From contig CAZFPL010000001.1 of NCBI GenBank assembly GCA_964521085.1, positions 35,469-99,468 of the forward strand: a DNA stretch of 64,000 nucleotides. Direction: 5' to 3'. Origin of the DNA: an uncultured Anaerolineales bacterium (GTDB lineage Bacteria > Chloroflexota > Anaerolineae > Anaerolineales > RBG-16-64-43). Below the pieces are notes generated by a model. That model was given only the letters and a program-made list of their open reading frames with translations. It searched no databases and had not been told where the DNA came from. Within the stretch, counting starts at the first letter, position 1. Each line of letters starts with the position of its first letter. The position numbers and the translations under genes are program-made. Of this stretch, positions 38,173 to 47,542 are shown one piece after another.

Positions 38173-38888
38173 TGCTCGCCTTCCACCGGAGCGCGGAACC
38201 GGTATCCTTCGCCGGTGACGGTTTCGATGAACTGCGGTTCCTCGGCTTCATCCCCCAGCGCGCGGCGCAGCTCGGCGATGCGGGTGTCCACCGCGCGCGT
38301 CCCGGCGGGGTAATCCCATCCCCAGACCGCATCCAGCAGCCGTTCGCGCGTGATCAACTCGTCCGGATGAGTCATCAGGTATTCCAGAAGCGAAAGCGCT
38401 TTGGGCGTCAGGGGCAGGATGTTCCCGCCCAGCGTCACCCGCCGCGCGCGCCGGTCAAGGACCAAACCGGCGGAGGTGATCTTCCAGGCGGAGGAAAGCG
38501 AGACCGGCGAGCCTTGCGCGCGCCGCAGAACCGCCCGGACGCGGGCCAGCAGTTCGCGGGGATCGAACGGCTTGTTAAGGTAATCGTCCGCCCCTTCCTC
38601 GAGGGCCATCGCGCGCTCTCCGGCTTCTCCCACCTGGGTCAGCAGGATGACCGGCAGGTGGTTGCCCTGGGAACGCAGGGTGCGGAGCACCGCCCGGCCG
38701 TCCATTTCCGGCATGAGTACGTCCAGGATGACCAGGTCGGGAGAATCTTTTACCACGCCCTCCAGCGCTGCTTTGCCGTTGGCCGCGCATTGCACGCTGT
38801 ATCCCGCGCGTTCCAAAAACGCGCTCAGGTGCTCCGTGATCGAAGGTTCGTCGTCGACCAGAAGGATTTTAGCAATCGGTTGGGACAT
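38169..38888 (-). CDS. OmpR/PhoB family response regulator
   Basis: LLVDDE, ILDVLMP, GADDYLNKPF, winged-helix ERLLDAVWG..IETVTGEGYRF. Confidence 0.95.
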   Translation of the reverse strand: MSQPIAKILLVDDEPSITEHLSAFLERAGYSVQCAANGKAALEGVVKDSPDLVILDVLMPEMDGRAVLRTLRSQGNHLPVILLTQVGEAGERAMALEEGADDYLNKPFDPRELLARVRAVLRRAQGSPVSLSSAWKITSAGLVLDRRARRVTLGGNILPLTPKALSLLEYLMTHPDELITRERLLDAVWGWDYPAGTRAVDTRIAELRRALGDEAEEPQFIETVTGEGYRFRAPVEGEQ

Positions 38889-39203
38889 AATTCGTTTGCC
38901 CTTGTGAATGCCGCAGACGGATGAGGTATATGATACTGTGTTTTTCCCCGAAGCGGTACTGCGATGCATGGGTCGAATTCCAGCCGGTGTCCGCTGCAAT
39001 TCGTGCAGCCGGACCGTGAAATTCTCGTGACGATGGCTGCCATCCTATCCGGGATGCGAATTTAAGCGCATGGAAAAGCGCCTGGGGGAAAAATGAAATC
39101 TTGGTTTACAATATACTGCGCCTTGGAGATCGGGCATCCCATAGGCGGTTCAGAGCCGGGAAAGCGCATCGAATACATCATGCTGTATCCTGCAGGAGGA
39201 AGA

Positions 39204-40328
39204 ATGCACAGTAAGTCTGTCAGTCTTATCGCGGCATCCGTGATTCTTTTTATTTTTGCATCCTCATGCAAACCCAAGGTTCCCGTCTCGGAGCCGCTTG
39301 CGGTTTCCAGGATCGCGGCCGGCGGGAACCAAACGTGCATAGTGGATAAGGGGAAAGCGAAATGCTGGGGGGAAAACGACGGCGGGCAGTTGGGAGAAGG
39401 GACGTTCGAGAATAGAAACACGCCGGTCGATGTGACGGTCCTGGCGGACGAAATTTCCTTTATCTCGGTGGGATACAAGCACACCTGCGTGTTGACCAAA
39501 AACGGCGACGTGATGTGCTGGGGAGGCGGTTGGACCGGCCGCTTGGAAGGCGGAACGGATGGAGGATATCGGGCGGTTGCCGCGGGTGGTTTCCACACCT
39601 GCCTGGTGACTCGCGCCGGAGGTGCGCAGTGCTGGGGTGGAAACGCCCTTTCCGGTATGGGAAACGATACGGAGGGAGATCCCGGCACGCCCGCCGATGT
39701 TACCGGATTGACCGACGGGATCCAGGGAATAAGCGCGGGGGTGGAGTTCTCCTGCGCAATCCACAACGGGGGCGCGATATGTTGGGGATTGAACGACGCC
39801 GGCCAATTGGGTGACGGAACCTTCACCAGTTCTTTGGATCCAAGGGAAGTTCTCGGATTGACGTCCGGGGTTAAAGCCATCGTTGCGGGAGTGTTCCATA
39901 CCTGCGCGCTGACGGCGGGGGGAGAGGTGTGGTGTTGGGGAGAGAATTTATCGGGAGAACTGGGTGACGGCTCCTATCAAAGCAGCCCGGTCCCGGTGAA
40001 AGTGGGCGGTTTGGAGGCAGGAATCCAAGCGGTTGTCGTCGGGGGCAGTCATACCTGCGTGTTAACCAAAGCGGGCGGTGTGAAGTGCTGGGGAGGGAAT
40101 GCCGGCGGCCAATTGGGAGATGGCACGACGACCGATCGGAATGTTCCCGCGGATGTCAGCGGGTTGACCAGCGGTGTGGTTGCCATCGCGGCGGGAGGAA
40201 GCCACACTTGCGCGATGATGAGTGATGGTTCGGTGAAATGCTGGGGGCAGAACGAAGAAGGCCAGTTGGGGAACGGCACCAATACAAGCAGCAACACGCC
40301 GGTAAACGTTACCTTCCCGGCGGCTTAG
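39204..40328 (+). CDS. RCC1-repeat lipoprotein, one propeller
   Basis: GGAGG SD; lipobox ASSC; 7 repeats, one shortened. Confidence 0.88.
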   Translation: MHSKSVSLIAASVILFIFASSCKPKVPVSEPLAVSRIAAGGNQTCIVDKGKAKCWGENDGGQLGEGTFENRNTPVDVTVLADEISFISVGYKHTCVLTKNGDVMCWGGGWTGRLEGGTDGGYRAVAAGGFHTCLVTRAGGAQCWGGNALSGMGNDTEGDPGTPADVTGLTDGIQGISAGVEFSCAIHNGGAICWGLNDAGQLGDGTFTSSLDPREVLGLTSGVKAIVAGVFHTCALTAGGEVWCWGENLSGELGDGSYQSSPVPVKVGGLEAGIQAVVVGGSHTCVLTKAGGVKCWGGNAGGQLGDGTTTDRNVPADVSGLTSGVVAIAAGGSHTCAMMSDGSVKCWGQNEEGQLGNGTNTSSNTPVNVTFPAA

Positions 40329-41599
40329 GGGAAAGTCGGAAACGATCCCTCGCCGGCGCCGGCGGAAATCAAGATCGCATCATCCTGTCCGGCGCCGGCG
40401 CTTTGCGTGTTGCCGGCGATATATACCCGGTCTCGGAACAGGGCAATCCCGTGGGCGCCTTCGTTTTCCGGGCCGCCCCACATCCGGGACCAAATCAGAT
40501 TGCCGTCGCGGTCATACCGCAGGAGTACGAAATCCATTCCGCCCCCGCCGCCGTAGCTGTCGGAAGCGCCGGCGATGAAAATGTCCCCCGACGGGCCGAT
40601 CGCAACCGCTCGCGCATCCTCACTTCCCTTTCCTCCCCACAACTGTTCCCAAATCAGTTTCAGGTTTTTATCCCACTTCCTGAGAAAAATCTGCCCGCCG
40701 TTGCCCCGGTCGACCGTCAACCCGACGGTGAACAGGTATGTTCCGTCGCTGGTCATCCCCAGTGCGTCCGTGCCGATCGGACCGTCCCAGACGGTATGCG
40801 AAAGGTATTCGCCCGTTTGCTTCGAGAAACGGGCAAGCAAACCCTGTCCGCCCAGGAGATAATTTTCTCCGTCGTACCGTCCGGCGACATAAATGGCATC
40901 GGCATCCACCACCATCTGTCCATCCGCCTGGTCCCATCCGCCTCCGCCCCAGGTGTTCGCCCAGATTAAATTCCCCTGCCGATCCAATTTCAGGACGGCG
41001 AGATCGTTCCCGGTTGTTTCTCCGGTTGTCCAACCGGAGAGATATAGATAATCTCCATCGGCGACCAGTCCGTCCACTTCTTCATAGCCGAATCCCTGGC
41101 TCCAGGTGAATTCCCATGCCGCGCTGCCGTCCTCGGTATTTAGCGCCAACACTGCCATGTCCGCTTCCATCAGGTTGACGGCCGAGGTGTAGGTGAGTCC
41201 GCCGACGTAGGCGTAGGCTCCGGCGACGGTTACGATAAATGCTTTCTCCATAAACTTTCCACCCCAACGCGTCTGCCAGAGTTCGGTTCCATCCGGGGCG
41301 AATTTGTAGATCACCATATCGGCGAACGGTTCTTTGACCGCCTGTTGAAATGAAGCGAAGTAGATGTTTCCGGCGCGATCGACATCCACTCCCCAGCCCT
41401 GATCCAGCTTGGATCCGCCGCGGAGGACGAACCAGGGGGTAAACGAATCGCCGACGGGGGATTGGTTTGCAGTCGATATCGAGGAGGCGGAAAACAGACT
41501 GGGCGTGATTGGACGCGCCGGTGAGGCGATACAGCCGAAGATCATCAGCTGCATGACGGAGGCCAAGAAGACGATTTCGGGAAGCGGTTTCTTCTTCAT
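40325..41599 (-). CDS. Beta-propeller (SBBP-like) lipoprotein
   Basis: Lipobox IFGC; repeats of K(F/L)D..GNLIW...WGG...(D/E).A..(I/V). Confidence 0.75.
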   Translation of the reverse strand: MKKKPLPEIVFLASVMQLMIFGCIASPARPITPSLFSASSISTANQSPVGDSFTPWFVLRGGSKLDQGWGVDVDRAGNIYFASFQQAVKEPFADMVIYKFAPDGTELWQTRWGGKFMEKAFIVTVAGAYAYVGGLTYTSAVNLMEADMAVLALNTEDGSAAWEFTWSQGFGYEEVDGLVADGDYLYLSGWTTGETTGNDLAVLKLDRQGNLIWANTWGGGGWDQADGQMVVDADAIYVAGRYDGENYLLGGQGLLARFSKQTGEYLSHTVWDGPIGTDALGMTSDGTYLFTVGLTVDRGNGGQIFLRKWDKNLKLIWEQLWGGKGSEDARAVAIGPSGDIFIAGASDSYGGGGGMDFVLLRYDRDGNLIWSRMWGGPENEGAHGIALFRDRVYIAGNTQSAGAGQDDAILISAGAGEGSFPTFP

Positions 41600-41714
41600 G
41601 GAATTCCGATATCAGTGCGAGAATATCTGCAGGATGGTGTCGGTTGCCGATGTGCGGGGAGTATGTAAAAAAGCGCGGATGGATCGATCACATAATATCG
41701 TGATGGTGAAAATC

Positions 41715-42722
41715 TCAAGCGGTCGGTAAATACCGCTTGAATGCCTCCATCTGGTGTAAAACGAGCTCGGCTCCGATGGCCAGGCAGCCGACCGGTTCCT
41801 CGGCCAGGTAGGCCGGAATTCCGGTGACGTCGGTCAGGTAGCGGTCCATGCCGCGCAGCAGGGCTCCGCCGCCGCACAGCATGATGCCGCGGTCGATGAT
41901 GTCGGACGTCAATTCCGGGGGGGTATGTTCGAGGGTGGTGCGGACACAGCCGACAATCTCCTCCAGCGGTTCCTCGAACGCTTCCACCACATCCGCCGTG
42001 GAGATGCTGACCGTCCGGGGAAGATTGTTGACCTGATCCCGGCCCTGGATTTCAAGGCTTTCGTTCGGCTCGATGGGTGTGGCGGCGCCGATCCGCAGCT
42101 TGACTTCCTCCGCCACCATTTCGCTGATCACCACGCCGTATTTCCGGCGGACGTAGGCGGCCAGCAGTTCATCCAGCCTTCTCCCGCCCATGCGGACGGT
42201 GTTGGCCACCACCGGGCCGTTCATCGTGATCACCGATGCCTCGGCCACGCCCCCTCCCAGGTATACGACCATGTTGCCCGAGGGGGTGGAAATCGGCAGG
42301 CCGGCGCCGACCGCGGCGGCGAGAGTCCGCGTAACCAGGAATACTTCGCGGCAACCGGCGCGCAGAACCGCCTCGCTGGCGGCGCGGCGCTCCACGCTTG
42401 TGATCCCGTGCGGAATGGTCACCATCGCCCGCGGCTTGAAGAGGCTGATCGCACCGCACACTTTGCGGATGAACCAGGTTAGAAGCACCTGGGCGACTTC
42501 GAAATCGGCGATCGCACCGTATTGAAGCGGATGAACCACTTCATACCCTTCGGGCACCCGGCCGTACATGTGCCGGGCCTGCTCGCCCACTTCCACGACT
42601 TTCTGTTCATCCACGTCGATCACCACCATCGTCGGTTCGCTCAGGACGATCTGCCCGCCCTCGGCGATGATGGTGTTGACTGTGCCCAGGTCGATCCCCA
42701 GTTCTTTATAGAATAAAGCCAT
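41715..42722 (-). CDS. mreB: MreB/Mbl-like actin homologue with degenerate catalytic motifs
   Basis: GIDLGTVNT, IADFE, ITSVERRA, PPELTSDI, GGGALLRG; the usual EEP and DIGGGT motifs read TRT and YLGGGV. Confidence 0.88.
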   Translation of the reverse strand: MALFYKELGIDLGTVNTIIAEGGQIVLSEPTMVVIDVDEQKVVEVGEQARHMYGRVPEGYEVVHPLQYGAIADFEVAQVLLTWFIRKVCGAISLFKPRAMVTIPHGITSVERRAASEAVLRAGCREVFLVTRTLAAAVGAGLPISTPSGNMVVYLGGGVAEASVITMNGPVVANTVRMGGRRLDELLAAYVRRKYGVVISEMVAEEVKLRIGAATPIEPNESLEIQGRDQVNNLPRTVSISTADVVEAFEEPLEEIVGCVRTTLEHTPPELTSDIIDRGIMLCGGGALLRGMDRYLTDVTGIPAYLAEEPVGCLAIGAELVLHQMEAFKRYLPTA

Positions 42723-42858
42723 ATTGTGTCAGGTCACTCTCCCGGCAATAGTGCAGGTTTTTTCTTGGGTTCGGGGGGTAATTGTACCCTATTAGACCGG
42801 GGCGGTCTTAAGACTGTCTCGATCCGGCTTCGATTACAATTATGCTTCGGGAGTGGAA

Positions 42859-45177
42859 ATGTCCACGAAAAAGTTTTGGATCAGGTTGGTTCTCATCGCG
42901 TCTTTCGGGGCGTTCCTAGCTTCCTGCGGCTCCTCCGAAAAAGCCACGCTGACGGTTACTTCCGAAGTAAAAGCGTCGACGGCGACCATCCGGATCGCAT
43001 CCCCATCGCCGACGGTTCCTCCGTTGGAACGCAGCGCCGTACTTCCCCTGACACTGGGCGGAAACCACACCTGCGCGATGACCATCGGGGACGGGGTCGT
43101 GTGCTGGGGCAATAACCGGTACGGGCAATTGGGGAATGGAACGTTCCTCAACAGCAGTGTCCCGACGGAGGTCAGCCGGATGACCTCCGGTGTGATCGCG
43201 ATCGCGGCCGGTTGGGCGCATACCTGCGCGCTCCGAAGCAGCGGCGGATTGGAATGCTGGGGAACCAATACGAAGGGTCAATTGGGTGATTCCACCACCA
43301 CCGACAGCCGTTCGCCGGTGGCGATATTCGGACTCTCCGGAGGGGTGAAGTCTGTCACGGCGGGGCACCGCCATACCTGCGCGCTGATGGAAGGGGGCGG
43401 GGTGAAATGCTGGGGGGAGAACGCATCCGGCGGAGTGGGCGACGGGACAAGCATCAACCGCAGCGCCCCGGTGGATGTGCCGGGCATGACCGGCGGCGCG
43501 ACGGCGCTCGAGGCCGGCGCCGGCCACACCTGCGCTTTGATGGAAGGCGGCGCTGTGAAATGTTGGGGATGGAATGCCGGCGGTCAATTGGGGAATGGAA
43601 CCGTCACCGACAGCCGGCTTCCGGTGGATGTCGGCGGCCTCCCGGGACCTGCGCAGTCTATCGCGGCGGGCGATCAGCACACCTGCGCCCTGCTTGCGGA
43701 TGGATCGGTTGTATGCTGGGGCGCGAATGCCAGCGGTCAATTGGGAAACGGAACCCGAAACCGGAGCAGCACGCCTGTCCCGGTCGGCGGTTTGTCCGCC
43801 GCTTTGGAAATTGCCGCCGGCGGCGCGCATACCTGCGCACTTTTAACCGACGGGGAAGTGAAATGCTGGGGCGACGACCAATCCGGTCAGTTGGGCGACG
43901 GTGGCTACGATAATCGGAGCACTCCGGTGGCCGTCAGCGGGCTGACGGGCGAAGTCGATCATATCGCAGCGGGGTTCAGCCACACTTGCGCGAGCATGAT
44001 GGACCGGCGTATCCAATGCTGGGGATGGAATACCGAAGGCCAGCTGGGCGATGGAACGGTCAAAGGCCGCCGGATCCCCGGGGACGTGCTGGGATTCACC
44101 GGCGGGGCTGCAGTGATCTCCGTCGGGTGGTCGAACACCTGCGCGCTCCTCATGACAACCGGCGGGATTCGATGTTGGGGATTGAATGGAGGAGGCCAGC
44201 TGGGTGACGGGAAGTTTGCCGACAGCAGTTCCCCGGTGGGGGTGAGCGGGCTCGCTTCCGGGAGGATTTCCGTGGCGGTCGGCGGCGCCCACGTCTGCGC
44301 GCTTTCCGGAAGGGGCGGCGTGAAGTGCTGGGGACGCAACGACCGCGGCCAGCTCGGCAGCGGGACGAATGCGGATCAGAACACGCCGATCGACGTCGCT
44401 GGTTTGCCGGAAGAGGTCGTCGCGGTCGCGGCCGGGAAGGATCATACGTGCGCCCTTACGTTCCATGGCGGGGTGAAGTGCTGGGGGGCGAACGAGTTCG
44501 GCCAGCTGGGAAACGGAACCACGGCGGACAGCGCCAAACCGGTGGATGTCAGCGGACTCTCCGAAGGGATCAGCGCGATCGCCATGGGGGGCGGCCACAC
44601 CTGCGCGTTGACCAGGAACGGCGGAGTGAAGTGCTGGGGCTCGAACAAATACGGACAACTCGGCGACGGCACGCTGGAGAACCATTCTGCGCCGGTCGAC
44701 GTCAGCGGATTGACCGCCGATGTCAATTCCGTTTCGGCGGGCGGATTCCATACCTGCGCGATGGTCTCCGGGGTGACTTTGAAATGCTGGGGGTGGAATG
44801 CGTACGGCCAGCTGGGCGACAGCACCGCCACCGACCGCACCATGCCGGCGAACGTCATGTGGCTGGCGGGCACCCCCGCCCTTGTTTCAGCCGGGTACGA
44901 TTTCACCTGCGCCATCATGCGCTCCGGCAGCCTGCGCTGCTGGGGAAACAACGAGTTCGGCCAGCTTGGAGACGGGTCCACCACGACCCACCAGACGCCC
45001 GTGGATGTGCGGGGGCTCAAGTACAAGGTGATCTTCCTCGCGGCGGGATTTTATTCCACCTGCGCGGTCACGACCGACGGGCAATCGAAATGCTGGGGAA
45101 ACAACATCTACGGCCAACTCGGCAACGGCGCCACTTCCAACAGCAACATGCCGGTGGATGTGATCGGTTTGGAGTGA
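42859..45177 (+). CDS. RCC1-repeat lipoprotein, two propellers
   Basis: Lipobox LASC; about 14 repeats. Confidence 0.9.
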   Translation: MSTKKFWIRLVLIASFGAFLASCGSSEKATLTVTSEVKASTATIRIASPSPTVPPLERSAVLPLTLGGNHTCAMTIGDGVVCWGNNRYGQLGNGTFLNSSVPTEVSRMTSGVIAIAAGWAHTCALRSSGGLECWGTNTKGQLGDSTTTDSRSPVAIFGLSGGVKSVTAGHRHTCALMEGGGVKCWGENASGGVGDGTSINRSAPVDVPGMTGGATALEAGAGHTCALMEGGAVKCWGWNAGGQLGNGTVTDSRLPVDVGGLPGPAQSIAAGDQHTCALLADGSVVCWGANASGQLGNGTRNRSSTPVPVGGLSAALEIAAGGAHTCALLTDGEVKCWGDDQSGQLGDGGYDNRSTPVAVSGLTGEVDHIAAGFSHTCASMMDRRIQCWGWNTEGQLGDGTVKGRRIPGDVLGFTGGAAVISVGWSNTCALLMTTGGIRCWGLNGGGQLGDGKFADSSSPVGVSGLASGRISVAVGGAHVCALSGRGGVKCWGRNDRGQLGSGTNADQNTPIDVAGLPEEVVAVAAGKDHTCALTFHGGVKCWGANEFGQLGNGTTADSAKPVDVSGLSEGISAIAMGGGHTCALTRNGGVKCWGSNKYGQLGDGTLENHSAPVDVSGLTADVNSVSAGGFHTCAMVSGVTLKCWGWNAYGQLGDSTATDRTMPANVMWLAGTPALVSAGYDFTCAIMRSGSLRCWGNNEFGQLGDGSTTTHQTPVDVRGLKYKVIFLAAGFYSTCAVTTDGQSKCWGNNIYGQLGNGATSNSNMPVDVIGLE

Positions 45178-45194
45178 TGGGAGTTAAAAAAAAT

Positions 45195-45777
45195 CTACGT
45201 CCATTGGGTTTCTGAACAAGTGATTTGGCAGGCTTCACATACAAAAAAGTAAAGCGTGGCATAGTATTCGATACTACTGTTGAATGGATCCGCCAGATCC
45301 TTGTTCCGATTGTGGATATCCAGCGAATCGGATGAAAGTTGAAGGATGAACCGCATCGGCTTCCGGCATTTCGGGCAGGAAGGATGTTCTGGACTCTGCA
45401 GCCAGACCGGATCGCCTCCCGCCAGGGTCGGCGTGTAATCGAGATTCTCCGGCACATTTCCTTCCCCCCCACGCAATCGAGGCTTTGCTCTCGGGATTGC
45501 ATTGGTCTTCGATAAATCCGCGCTTGTCAAAATGGCGCGCCCGCAGGATTTCCACCGCCGGTTCGCCCTCGAATCGAACAAAAAACGGATCTTCATAGTA
45601 ACAATCCAAGCATCGGATGATGCGATACCATCCGCTCTCGCCGCGGCCGACCGCCTTCTTCGGGACTACGAGCAGCTCCTGACAAGGTTTCTTGCACGAG
45701 ACGCAGGTCAGGGATGAAGGGGTGAGTGACACGATCGTATCGGTTTCTCCAGCCGGGCGAAGGTATCCGGTATACAT
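45195..45777 (-). pseudogene. Cys-rich YwqG/DUF1963-like protein split at a G7 homopolymer
   Basis: 5' ORF (CVSC, CLDC) and 3' ORF (GGDPVWLQ..CPKC..MRFILQL..LYFFVCEAC) join into 193 aa if one G of the run at 45464-45470 is removed. Confidence 0.65.
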
Positions 45778-45829
45778 TCATGTCTCCGAGTAAACCGAGG
45801 CGGTCTACAAGACCGCCTTGGTCTTTGGA

Positions 45830-46513
45830 CTATGCCATCCTGCGGATTCTGACTTCGATTCCCGTTTCATTCTTCAATAGCGCCGCAACCCGTGCGATGT
45901 CGGTTTCTCCGTAATGATACGGGTAGAGAATCCGGGGCCGGAACGATCGGACGGCGTCCGCCGCCATTTCGGGCGACATCGTATAGGGCAGATTTACCGG
46001 CAGAAATGCGATATCGATATCCTTGAGATTTCTCATTTCGGGAATGTTTTCGGTGTCCCCGGCGATGTACACCCGTATATTCCCGAACGTCAGGATGTAG
46101 CCGTTGCCTTCCCCCCGGATATGGAAGGGCTTCCCGTTTCCCCTTTTGTGGACGATATTGTAGGCCGGCACCGCTTCGACTTTGATATCGTCGACCGTGC
46201 GCGTGTCGCCGTTTCCGATCAGGATCCAACCGGCGAGTTTGGAGATGCAAACCATGGGGAGCAGCAGCTGTGTCTTTTCCGTGCGAACTCCGGCGACCGC
46301 CTGCGGATCGCAATGATCTCCGTGTTCGTGGGTAATCAGGATGATGTCCGCCTTGGGAAGGGCGGAGTAATCCGCCACTTCGCTGAATGGATCCGCGTAG
46401 ATTTCTTTTCCGGCGAAGGTGAACCGCAGGCTCCCATGTCCGAGGAAGGTGATCGTGAGATCGCCCGCGGAGGTGGGAATGGAATCTGATTCGAACGGTT
46501 CTTTGGGAGTCAT
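45830..46513 (-). CDS. MBL-fold metallo-hydrolase
   Basis: LGHGS, ITHEHGDHCD, YIAGDT, PYHY. Confidence 0.9.
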   Translation of the reverse strand: MTPKEPFESDSIPTSAGDLTITFLGHGSLRFTFAGKEIYADPFSEVADYSALPKADIILITHEHGDHCDPQAVAGVRTEKTQLLLPMVCISKLAGWILIGNGDTRTVDDIKVEAVPAYNIVHKRGNGKPFHIRGEGNGYILTFGNIRVYIAGDTENIPEMRNLKDIDIAFLPVNLPYTMSPEMAADAVRSFRPRILYPYHYGETDIARVAALLKNETGIEVRIRRMA

Positions 46514-46557
46514 CTTTTTTTCCTTGCTGATGCAGAAAATCCGGATGCCGGCCGCGG

Positions 46558-47430
46558 TTATTTTGCTTTCAAGAATCTTGTTATGGATTCCCCGACGCGT
46601 CCGGGTTGGTCGAAGTGGAGGAGGTGGCCGGCATCCGGCACCGGTTCTGCTTCAATGCCCGGGATAAGGGCTTTGGCCTGCTGCAACGCGGCACGGGCAT
46701 CGTACAGGATTTCCTTCTCGCCCACCAGGAGGAGAGTCGGAATGTGAAGCTGTTTCCATTCGGCCGTCTCGATCACAGGCCGCATCACGCTCTTGGAGCG
46801 CAAAGCCGTCACGCCGGTTACGAACGCTTCGTGGACGGGATCGCCGCGGGTATATCCTTTGACGGACGCCCCGGCCAGGAACCACTCCGCCGCCCCGCGC
46901 GAGGAGGAAAGCAGCATCGGCATTCCGCGGATCATCCAGTGAATGGTGAAGGGGGCGAGCGGCAGGCCTGGGCACAGCAGCACGAGACGGTTGACCCGTT
47001 GGGGGAAGCGCAGGGCAAAATTGACAGCCAGGAATCCCCCGTACGACATCCCCAGGAGCTGTGTTTTTTCGATTTTTAAACCCGTGAGAAGGTCGTCGAG
47101 CCAGTCGGCATAATCGACGCGGCTGGCGGGCATCCGGTCTGGAATGCTTTTCCCCACATCGCCCATCACGTCCACTGCGTACACCCGGTTGGTCCGGCTC
47201 AGGCCGGCGATATTGTGGAACCAGTCGGTCGAGCTGGTGAAATTTCCGGGCAGGAGAATCAAGGGAGGGGCGGCGACCGCACCGCTGGCGTTGACATGTG
47301 TTTTTCCGAAGCGGGTCGGTATAAGTATGCCGGTGGACGGCACAGGCCACCGGCTGAAGACCGCATCGTAGGCTGCCATGTAATCGGCCTCGCGGATGGG
47401 ATTTTTATAAATGGATAGTGCATTCGACAT
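46558..47430 (-). CDS. Alpha/beta hydrolase (carboxylesterase-like)
   Basis: GMSYGG nucleophile elbow, GEKE, AGHLL; CAGGAG SD. Confidence 0.9.
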   Translation of the reverse strand: MSNALSIYKNPIREADYMAAYDAVFSRWPVPSTGILIPTRFGKTHVNASGAVAAPPLILLPGNFTSSTDWFHNIAGLSRTNRVYAVDVMGDVGKSIPDRMPASRVDYADWLDDLLTGLKIEKTQLLGMSYGGFLAVNFALRFPQRVNRLVLLCPGLPLAPFTIHWMIRGMPMLLSSSRGAAEWFLAGASVKGYTRGDPVHEAFVTGVTALRSKSVMRPVIETAEWKQLHIPTLLLVGEKEILYDARAALQQAKALIPGIEAEPVPDAGHLLHFDQPGRVGESITRFLKAK

Positions 47431-47542
47431 GACGGAACTCCTGTTTTGACGTTTATTTTCCGAGGGGATGTACTCTGAGCGCCTTGTGGATATTGCGCAT
47501 ATCCTCAACCGTTCGCCGGGGCGGATGCCCCCGAGTGGAATT

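Noticed and set aside
15674-45177. Recurrent AA(A/G)TGCTGGGG at roughly 150-bp period suggesting a CRISPR or tandem array
   Set aside because: It is the coding sequence of the KCWG motif in RCC1 blades; there are no repeat-spacer structure and no cas genes.
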